This document shows, in pieces, positions 57,041 through 64,000 of a stretch of 64,000 nucleotides of DNA. The DNA comes from Candidatus Micrarchaeia archaeon (GTDB lineage Archaea; Micrarchaeota; Micrarchaeia; Burarchaeales; Fermentimicrarchaeaceae): assembly GCA_038871515.1 (NCBI GenBank), contig JAVZHX010000002.1, positions 68,641 to 132,640 of the forward strand, read 5' to 3'. Under the pieces are notes generated by a model, which saw only the letters and a program-made list of their open reading frames with translations, searched no databases and was not told where the DNA came from. Every line of letters starts with the position of its first letter. Position 1 is the stretch's first letter. The position numbers were made by a program, and so were the translations under genes.

Positions 57041-59668
57041 CTACTGGGCTGCTGCAATCAGCGCCTGGATGAACTGGTCTGCTGCTGTCAGTGTGTCCGC
57101 TGCAGTGTAACCAGCCACCAGTATCCTGTTTGTGCCGACTGCCTTCACAACGACCCTATCCTTTGAAAGGTCGATTGCTCCACTCTGGATAACCTCGGCA
57201 GCAACCGTGTTGACAAGGTTACCTCCAACTACTATCAAAGTAGCGGATGTGTCCGCATCCTTGTCAAGCACAACAAGCTTGTTGGCAGCTGTGTTCAGCG
57301 GGACTCTCACATCTGCTCTTGTGACAGATGGAGTTGCTGACAGTCCGTCCTTACCAGTCACCGTGCACTGCGCATCTCCGCCAACTGTGCATGTGCCAAC
57401 TGTCTCAGTGATTTCCTTCACCTTGACAGTCACACCGCCACCAACGTTGGCAGTCTCGCCCTCACCGAGTGGTCCGACTGTGGTGCCAGTTGTAGCCTCT
57501 GTGCCCTTCGTCTTGGCAAAGAACTTCAGCTCACCCAGCCTTCTTGCTCTCTTGAAGGATACACCGTATGTTGACATGTCAACAAACTGAGTGCCCCTCT
57601 CTGAGATGTAGCCGGGCTCAACTGTTGTTCTGCCAATCTCGAGCTCGTCCTCAATACCTGTAACACCATTGTAGTATATCTGTTTTGTTGCAGTTGTTGT
57701 CAGAAGGAACTTGTCCTTGTTGTCCGTGTCCCTGTATATTGGAACTTCCCAGACGTCTACGACGCCAGAGCTGCTTGATGCAGACTCCTGCATCCAGAAC
57801 GCTGCTGTGTTAGTGTCATAGTCATCGTGCTTGTCGTACCAGATTGGCATGTCGTCGCTTGTTGCATCTCCCGCCAAGTAATACACGGAAGCATTCATGT
57901 AGTAGTAGCAGCTCCCGCCTGGCTTCTGGAAGATGACCATTCCCTCCTCTAGGCCGGTAACTGGTGAACCATAGCTAGTTTCGTTTCCTAGGAAGTAGTA
58001 GAACCTCTGCACTAGGAACGTGTCGTGACCAGACAGCTGGAACGCGTCCTTCACAAGTGACTGAACCTGCAACAGGTTACCGTTGGTGTTATTAATTGTG
58101 GTTGTTTGGCTGCACCCAGCATCGTAGTCGGTCTGCACCGGGAAGCTTGCTGAACCGTAATACACCAACGACAGGCTCAAGCTGTCGTAGTCAGCAGCTC
58201 CAAGCGTTATGCCACCAAACTCAATCTGGTATGCAACTGGCTTTGTCACAAAGTCGTATGTGTCACCAGTGCCCATAATCTGGGTTGGGTCTGCGTAGTT
58301 GTCGTATAGTATTATTTTTCTCAATGCATCCGCTTCTTTGCTTGCATATGTTGGGTCCTTGTTTCTCCAAGCGAGTTTTATAACCCAGTCGGAGTTGTCA
58401 GTTGTGTCCAGAGACTCTCCACTGGTCAGGGTGAACTCCTGGGAGTACACAGCCATCTCAGCCCACTTTGCATACGCATAGTAACCTGGGTTGGTCTTGT
58501 ACACCCTTATCCTGACCTTGGAACCATCTGGTGCTGTCCATGTGTATGAGCTAGTTGACGGATAGAACTTGTCCTCCTTCAGCAGACTGCCTGTTGAGTC
58601 ATATATGGCAATTGTTGCTGCTGATTCCTTTCCGTTTCCAAGTGGTGCCTCAATATCCACTAGTTTCAGCACATATGCGCCTGCGGTGAGGTTCTCACCA
58701 ACGTGCACAATTCCATATGCGCTCTCCTTTGCGAGGTTTATTGAGCCTCCAGGGCACTCGCTTGTTGGCGATGTCAGTTCACAGTCAGTTGGTGGGTTCA
58801 TCTGGCTTATTATGTAGGTGTCACCAAGGAAACCAATGTGCACCCTGTGCCTGTCAGTCATATCCTGCTCAGGGCATTTGGTGTAGTCACCCACATTGCT
58901 GTCGTTCTGGTAGTTACTATCCAGATTTGTCTTGACAGTTGCATCGCATGTTCCAACAGGTATTCCTGCCTGGTCATGCGTGAACTCTATCTGGTACGCA
59001 CCCTTCTGGTCTGTTGCAGCAAGCTTCTTATTCAATGTATCATACTGTCCATGTGCCTGGAACCAGAGAGTCTGCTCTTCTTTGTACTGCTTGTTTGCAT
59101 ATGGGTCAGTTACAGTTGGTGACGCAAGTGCTGGGAATTCCGCAGATGTTATCTTCTTCACAGCGTACGTCTTGCCCGCCTCGCCTACATCATTTGCAAA
59201 CGGCGAAAGGTCAAGGGATGTGTTGTATACATCATCCACTGTGCTGAACAATCTGTTCTGCAGCTTCTTGTCAACCCAGTCGTTTATGTATGTGTTGAAC
59301 GGATACACTCCGCCAACTGTGCCTGGGACAGTCACCTCAAGGGTAACCTTCTCGTTTGTCACAGCGCATGTTCCAGCGCCTGCTCCGCCAGTCACTGTGC
59401 ATCCTAGGTTTGCAGCTCCACTAACAGTTGCCGTCACCTCTTGGGACTTGAAAGCCAAGTTCCCAATCACCGCGGCTATGTTGGCTGCGGCTACACCGTC
59501 GGATGCTGCTGCTCTCTCTCCGACTACGATCTTAACCTGGGGCACACCCTCTGCGCTGATTATTGGGGTGTTGCTATACGTCACAGCTCCTGCGGTTGCA
59601 AGAGTTGCTCCAAGTATAGCTGCGCCCGCAGCTAAGGCCGCAATCCTTTTCACATTCAATCCTTTCAA
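57041..59668 (-). CDS. S-layer protein (split S_layer_N/S_layer_C type)
   Basis: KRIAALAAGAAILG signal peptide, IVVGxxAAASDGVAAANIAA, C-terminal LIVVGGxxVN...ILVAGYTAADT; T/D/G/Y-rich; strong GAGGTGA SD. Confidence 0.9.
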   Translation of the reverse strand: MKGLNVKRIAALAAGAAILGATLATAGAVTYSNTPIISAEGVPQVKIVVGERAAASDGVAAANIAAVIGNLAFKSQEVTATVSGAANLGCTVTGGAGAGTCAVTNEKVTLEVTVPGTVGGVYPFNTYINDWVDKKLQNRLFSTVDDVYNTSLDLSPFANDVGEAGKTYAVKKITSAEFPALASPTVTDPYANKQYKEEQTLWFQAHGQYDTLNKKLAATDQKGAYQIEFTHDQAGIPVGTCDATVKTNLDSNYQNDSNVGDYTKCPEQDMTDRHRVHIGFLGDTYIISQMNPPTDCELTSPTSECPGGSINLAKESAYGIVHVGENLTAGAYVLKLVDIEAPLGNGKESAATIAIYDSTGSLLKEDKFYPSTSSYTWTAPDGSKVRIRVYKTNPGYYAYAKWAEMAVYSQEFTLTSGESLDTTDNSDWVIKLAWRNKDPTYASKEADALRKIILYDNYADPTQIMGTGDTYDFVTKPVAYQIEFGGITLGAADYDSLSLSLVYYGSASFPVQTDYDAGCSQTTTINNTNGNLLQVQSLVKDAFQLSGHDTFLVQRFYYFLGNETSYGSPVTGLEEGMVIFQKPGGSCYYYMNASVYYLAGDATSDDMPIWYDKHDDYDTNTAAFWMQESASSSSGVVDVWEVPIYRDTDNKDKFLLTTTATKQIYYNGVTGIEDELEIGRTTVEPGYISERGTQFVDMSTYGVSFKRARRLGELKFFAKTKGTEATTGTTVGPLGEGETANVGGGVTVKVKEITETVGTCTVGGDAQCTVTGKDGLSATPSVTRADVRVPLNTAANKLVVLDKDADTSATLIVVGGNLVNTVAAEVIQSGAIDLSKDRVVVKAVGTNRILVAGYTAADTLTAADQFIQALIAAAQ

Positions 59669-59806
59669 TTTCTCACCTCTTTTTTATGTCGCCACTTTTT
59701 TGGGCCTTTACTCTTACAAGGATTATCGGCGACATTTTTTGCCCAAAACACCACCGCATCTCACATGCTGCTGAGAAGTAGCTCAGCAGGCATCAATAAC
59801 GGTGAT
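59669..59806 (-). promoter_or_regulatory. Structured 5' UTR of the S-layer gene (about 138 nt)
   Basis: TATA at 59830-59837; terminal stem 59750-56/59800-06, inner 8-bp stem 59768-75/59782-89, two interleaved 8-bp stems 59686-93/59728-35 and 59698-705/59741-48. Confidence 0.7.
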
Positions 59807-59927
59807 CGTAGTTCATTAACTTTGCACCATATTTAAAGGTTTCGGATGTATATAAAGTTTAATTTATAAATTAAAAATTAATTTACGTCAATTGTCCAAC
59901 ATAAACTTCGTTTTTACGACGTAAATT

Positions 59928-62723
59928 TTATTTTCTCTCACCATACTCCTCCATGAACTTTATGTATGTCTGCAGATGCTGAACTGTTACAGAAGGCCTT
60001 CTCTTTGAAATTATCCCTTCCATAATTTCCATTGTGAGAACTGCTTTCTTTCCTTTCAACCTGCTCCTCACAAGCTCCATCTTTGCTTCCTGGCAGATTG
60101 AAGCGATATCTGCACCAGTGAACCCCTCTGTTCTTCCTGCAAGAAGATCAAAGTTGAAATCCTTTTCAAGAGGCACTCCCTCCAAGTTTAAATGGAAGAT
60201 TGCCTTTCTGCTTTCAAAAAGAGGAGGTGGGACAAGTATTATCTTATCAAACCTCCCCGGTCTTAGCAACGCTGGGTCAATTCTTTCTGGTTTGTTTGTT
60301 GCAGCAATCATCACCACTTGTTTCAACTCACTTATCCCATCCATCTCATCAAGCAGCTGCCCAACTATTCTTTCATTTTCAGGTGAAGTGTAACTATCTC
60401 TGCTTGGTGCAAGCGCATCTATTTCATCTATGAATATAATTGCAGGCGCTCTCTCCCTTGCTCTGTTGAAACTTTCTTTGATAACATTCACAGCTCCGCT
60501 GTAACCGCTTTTCATCAAATCAGCTCCGCTTATGTGGATGAAAGCTGCGTTTAGCTCATTGGAAGCTGCTCTCACAACAAGGGTTTTGCCACACCCGGGC
60601 GGTCCAAACAGAAGAACTCCCTTCACAGGCGTTACATTATACTCCCTCAGCACATCCTCATGCAACAAAGGAAGTTCAATCGATTCGATTAAAATCTGCT
60701 TAACATCATCCAACCCAACCACATCCTCCCATTTTGTCTCCTTTTTTTCCTTCTTCTTTGGAGGAGCAGTTCTTCTTTCAAAGTCAAGCTTGAACTTCTC
60801 AAACTCCTGTAAAGCAGCTATTGAAACGCTTGGCTTCACTGTTTCAAGCACAGATAAGAAATGCCCCATTGAAACAGGAACAACCTCATTTCTTTCAGAA
60901 GCTATTTTGGCAACCTTTCTTGCAGCCTCCATACAAATATTTTGAATATCCGCACCAGAATATCTTTCTGTTTTCTCAGCAAGCTTGTCAAAATCAACAT
61001 CCTCAGCAAGCGGAAAGTTCTTTGTATGAACCTTGAAAATCTGCTTTCTTCCCTCCTTATCAGGCAACGGCATATAAATTATTTTATCAAACCTCCCAGG
61101 TCTCAACAGTGCTCTGTCAAGCTCCTGAGGTACGTTTGTTGCTCCAACAATAATCACATTCTTCGCTGACTTGAAACCATCCATCTCAGAAAGGAATAAC
61201 GCAAGCAGCCTTGGGGCAACGTCATCTGACGAGTATTTTTCTCTGCTTCTTCCTATGGAATCTATCTCGTCAAAGAAAAGCACGCACGGTGCATTTGTTC
61301 TTGCAATTCTGAAAAGCTCACTTATGTTCCTCTCGCTCTCCCCATACCATTCTGAAAGCAAATCGCTGCATTTAACGTAGTAAAACCCAATTTTCATCTG
61401 CCTTGAAAGAGCTCTCATTATCATTGTTTTACCAGTTCCTGGAGGGCCGAAGAGAAGAACTCCTTTCGGTGGTTTCAAACCATAAGCAGTTGAAAGCTCC
61501 TTCTTTGTAAGCGGCCAGATGATTGCCTCAACAAGCTCCTTTTTGGTTTCCTCGTAGTTTCCTATATCATCAAGCGATTCAACTCCTGGCGCAAGGCTCA
61601 AATCCTGAATACCGAATTTTCTGAACTTTCCCATTTTTTCCATTTTTCTCACAGCAACCTCCCTTGAGATGTCAACTCCGTGGTATTCAAGGAAGAAAAC
61701 AACTCCAATTCCAAGAAGCACGCTTGGGAAAACAAGCAGGTTAAAAGGCTGCTCTGAGATTGCGCACGCAATCCAGTAGCCAATGGGAATAAGAAAAGAG
61801 GAGACGGTTGCTATTGTGTTTTTGTATTTTCTGTCCAGCATACCTGAAATTGAACCTGTGAGAAAAGCAGCAGCCATCCAGAAAAGTATCTGAACAAGCG
61901 CCGAGTCACCTATAGTTAAAGCAATAAGTGCGGCAAGCACTGCGTTTATTGAAGTTGCTGTGTACCGCACGCTCTCCTGCTTGAACAGACTGCCGATTGA
62001 ACCTACAAACTCCACACCAAGCTCGGTGACTTCAGGAGCTCCCCCGCGCCTTCCAAGGTTTGCGAACTCAGCAATTCTCTGCTCATAAACCCCTGTTAAC
62101 GTGCTTGGGTTGAAAACAACAAAACCGCTGTTAAGCACAGAGCCAGTTGGCAAGCCCCATGAAACAGAAAGAATCAGAACCATGAGAACTGTTATCAAAG
62201 CAACAATTGACGCCCTTTTTGAGCCAAGGTAGAGAGAGCAGAATGTGAGGAGAGGTGGAACGAAGAATCCCATTGAGTTGAAAGGAGCAAAAACAGTTAT
62301 GAAAAGCAAAGAGATTATGTGCCAATAAACAAAAGATGTAATAAGAGTTGTTGAGATCACAAGTGTGAAAAACCATGCAAAAAGAGGTGATTGGTAGGCA
62401 ACTGCTGGGAATGCAACAAAGGTGGTTACAATTGTCCCAAGCGGAGCATGGTAGTACGCAATGAAACCAACAAGTAAAAGAAGAAATGGCAGTAACCACC
62501 ATGGGTAGAAAGGAAAGGTAAGGAGAAGGAAGAGACAGCCTGCCATAACAAGAAACGCATTTGCAAAAGCAGTGTTCTCCTCAACTTCCTTCAGCATTGC
62601 CTTAAATCTCAAATCCTTCAACGAGCGAAACTTCTTCTCCTGCTTTTCAAGCATCTCGGTTACCAATGGCTCAAGCTGTTGTTTTTCCTTTGGTTTCTCC
62701 TCTTCCTTCATTTTCAGCGCCAT
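59928..62723 (-). CDS. Membrane-embedded double AAA+ ATPase (Cdc48/Vps4-like modules)
   Basis: About 330-aa polytopic N-domain; D1 GPPGTGKT/FFDEID/RPGRFD; D2 GPPGCGKT/FIDEID/RPGRFD; likely start ATG 62723. Confidence 0.9.
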   Translation of the reverse strand: MALKMKEEEKPKEKQQLEPLVTEMLEKQEKKFRSLKDLRFKAMLKEVEENTAFANAFLVMAGCLFLLLTFPFYPWWLLPFLLLLVGFIAYYHAPLGTIVTTFVAFPAVAYQSPLFAWFFTLVISTTLITSFVYWHIISLLFITVFAPFNSMGFFVPPLLTFCSLYLGSKRASIVALITVLMVLILSVSWGLPTGSVLNSGFVVFNPSTLTGVYEQRIAEFANLGRRGGAPEVTELGVEFVGSIGSLFKQESVRYTATSINAVLAALIALTIGDSALVQILFWMAAAFLTGSISGMLDRKYKNTIATVSSFLIPIGYWIACAISEQPFNLLVFPSVLLGIGVVFFLEYHGVDISREVAVRKMEKMGKFRKFGIQDLSLAPGVESLDDIGNYEETKKELVEAIIWPLTKKELSTAYGLKPPKGVLLFGPPGTGKTMIMRALSRQMKIGFYYVKCSDLLSEWYGESERNISELFRIARTNAPCVLFFDEIDSIGRSREKYSSDDVAPRLLALFLSEMDGFKSAKNVIIVGATNVPQELDRALLRPGRFDKIIYMPLPDKEGRKQIFKVHTKNFPLAEDVDFDKLAEKTERYSGADIQNICMEAARKVAKIASERNEVVPVSMGHFLSVLETVKPSVSIAALQEFEKFKLDFERRTAPPKKKEKKETKWEDVVGLDDVKQILIESIELPLLHEDVLREYNVTPVKGVLLFGPPGCGKTLVVRAASNELNAAFIHISGADLMKSGYSGAVNVIKESFNRARERAPAIIFIDEIDALAPSRDSYTSPENERIVGQLLDEMDGISELKQVVMIAATNKPERIDPALLRPGRFDKIILVPPPLFESRKAIFHLNLEGVPLEKDFNFDLLAGRTEGFTGADIASICQEAKMELVRSRLKGKKAVLTMEIMEGIISKRRPSVTVQHLQTYIKFMEEYGERK

Positions 62724-62777
62724 ACAACCATAAGTAATAATTAAAAAAGGTATATAAATAGTGAATGGTGCCATGCT

Positions 62778-63290
62778 GTGAAAAAGGAATTTGTTGGGTT
62801 GATTTTGGTTGTTCTATTCATAATTGCTATTTACCTAACCAACCCTGCTGAAACAATAAAAGTTGACACGCTTGGTTATCTTGGTGTATTTCTTCTTATG
62901 TTTCTCTCAAGCGCAACAATTGTTCTCCCAGTTCCTGGGCTTGCGGGAGTTGTTGTTGCGGGTTGTTTCTTAAACCCTTTCCTGGTTGGAGTTGTTGGCG
63001 GAGTTGGAAGCGCGCTTGGAGAAACAACAGGTTACATTGCTGGGTTGGGAGGAAAAGCAGTTGTTGAAAGGGGGAAGAGGAAGTTTTATAACAGAATTAG
63101 AAAGTGGATGAAGAGAAATGGGTTTATAACAATCTTTATAGCAGCAGCTCTCCCAAACCCTTTCTTTGACGTTGCGGGGCTTGCTGCAGGAGCATTGGAT
63201 TACCCATTCTGGAAGTTTCTTTTGGCATGCATGGGTGGAAAAATAATAAAGTGCATCGCCCTTGCATACCTTGGTTACGCGCTTGTTTAA
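62778..63290 (+). CDS. DedA/VTT-domain membrane protein
   Basis: LPVPG, GSALGE..GY..G, PNPFFDVAGLAAG, GKIIK. Confidence 0.85.
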   Translation: MKKEFVGLILVVLFIIAIYLTNPAETIKVDTLGYLGVFLLMFLSSATIVLPVPGLAGVVVAGCFLNPFLVGVVGGVGSALGETTGYIAGLGGKAVVERGKRKFYNRIRKWMKRNGFITIFIAAALPNPFFDVAGLAAGALDYPFWKFLLACMGGKIIKCIALAYLGYALV

Positions 63291-63575
63291 CTACAGCGCC
63301 TGCACAAGCTTCTTCCTAACCTTCTCATCCTCTCCTTTAATATCCTTTATTTTCTCGGCTGCTTCCTTCTCCCCAATTGTTTCAAGCCAGGGAGCAAAAT
63401 GCCCACCGTTTGCATGGTAGAGCACTGAAGCAAGTGGCGCTATCTTGAGCATGCGCACAAACTCGCTCATGCTCCTCGCCTTCCCAACCTCCCTTCCATC
63501 CGGCATTCTGAAGACAAACTCCTGCCCTGGTGGACAGGGGTTGGTTGAATATGGCTTTGCTTTATACCTCGGCAT
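63291..63575 (-). CDS. DUF5752-like protein (glycogen/GH57-associated)
   Basis: F.F....G...ARSMSEF...LK......V.YH...GHF..WL; follows a GH57 gene. Confidence 0.65.
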   Translation of the reverse strand: MPRYKAKPYSTNPCPPGQEFVFRMPDGREVGKARSMSEFVRMLKIAPLASVLYHANGGHFAPWLETIGEKEAAEKIKDIKGEDEKVRKKLVQAL

Positions 63576-63580
63576 CCGCC

Positions 63581-64000
63581 TCACCTCCCAACTCCATAAG
63601 CTTTAAGTTTATGTTTTAATCTATTCTTCAAATCCTGAAGAACATTCATAAAATTTATGAATCCATCGTACGGAGTGTCAAAAGGAGAGAAGTATTTGTG
63701 AACATCTCCATCTGCCCATGATTTTGTGCATAGGTAGTAAAGCTGGTCGCTGTTCTGAAGCAACCTCCATATTCTCATAAGCTTCTCATCCTTTGCTTCT
63801 CTCACCATCGGCTCCAAACCCTCAAGGAAGCGAAAGCAAACCCTTTGCATTTCGTTACCGAGCCAAGCAGAAGCATCCCTTTCCATATCCGCCCATGAGA
63901 GAGGAGTTGGGACATCTATCTCGCCAACAGGTTCCAACGCAACCAACTCGCTTGGTGTTTTGAAATTCAGGTTATCATACTTCAGAATTTCCTCTGGCAG
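63581..64000 (-). CDS. Glycoside hydrolase family 57 (alpha-amylase-like), 3' part only
   Basis: SWADxERDxSAWLGNxMQ, LQxSDxxYY, DGDVHKYFSPF. Confidence 0.88.
   Translation of the reverse strand: MPEEILKYDNLNFKTPSELVALEPVGEIDVPTPLSWADMERDASAWLGNEMQRVCFRFLEGLEPMVREAKDEKLMRIWRLLQNSDQLYYLCTKSWADGDVHKYFSPFDTPYDGFINFMNVLQDLKNRLKHKLKAYGVGR

Noticed and set aside
58932..59774. 280-aa plus-strand ORF and other long antisense ORFs (e.g. 33720-34391, 29400-30044)
   Set aside because: Shadows of strongly codon-biased genes on the opposite strand
1..64000. tRNA, rRNA, CRISPR arrays, IS elements, provirus
   Set aside because: No cloverleaf or rRNA-like segment, regular repeat-spacer pattern, transposase, integrase or capsid gene recognised; most intergenic gaps are too short

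Overview
Gene-dense archaeal chromosome segment with about 70 CDS, very short intergenic spacers, TATA-box/leaderless promoters and GGTGA-type Shine-Dalgarno sites. Gene content and the KGQ|xxMEYL pilin suggest a relatively metabolically capable DPANN archaeon, probably Micrarchaeota-like (inference; needs phylogeny). Recognisable blocks: nadE-tyrS-PIN-rpo7-spt4; cdc6/sepF; an HTH regulator-HMG-CoA synthase-thiolase-DUF35 operon; three glycosyltransferases; ADP-forming and AMP-forming acetyl-CoA synthetases; mre11; the exosome/proteasome/RNase P superoperon (rpl15e to pfdB); a SAMP-ncsA pair; a type II R-M pair; ppsA with a LAGLIDADG intein at its phospho-His motif; a methanogen-type SerRS; aRF1; and a cell-envelope locus at about 52.6-62.7 kb. 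That locus is the best candidate for an undescribed system. A polytopic membrane protein fused to two AAA+ modules lies upstream of an anchor-less S-layer gene with a highly structured (pseudoknot/switch-like) 5' UTR. The S-layer gene is followed by two membrane proteins that share a 4-Cys extracellular domain I do not recognise. No rRNA, tRNA, CRISPR array or transposase was seen. All calls come from reading motifs by eye; no searches were run.
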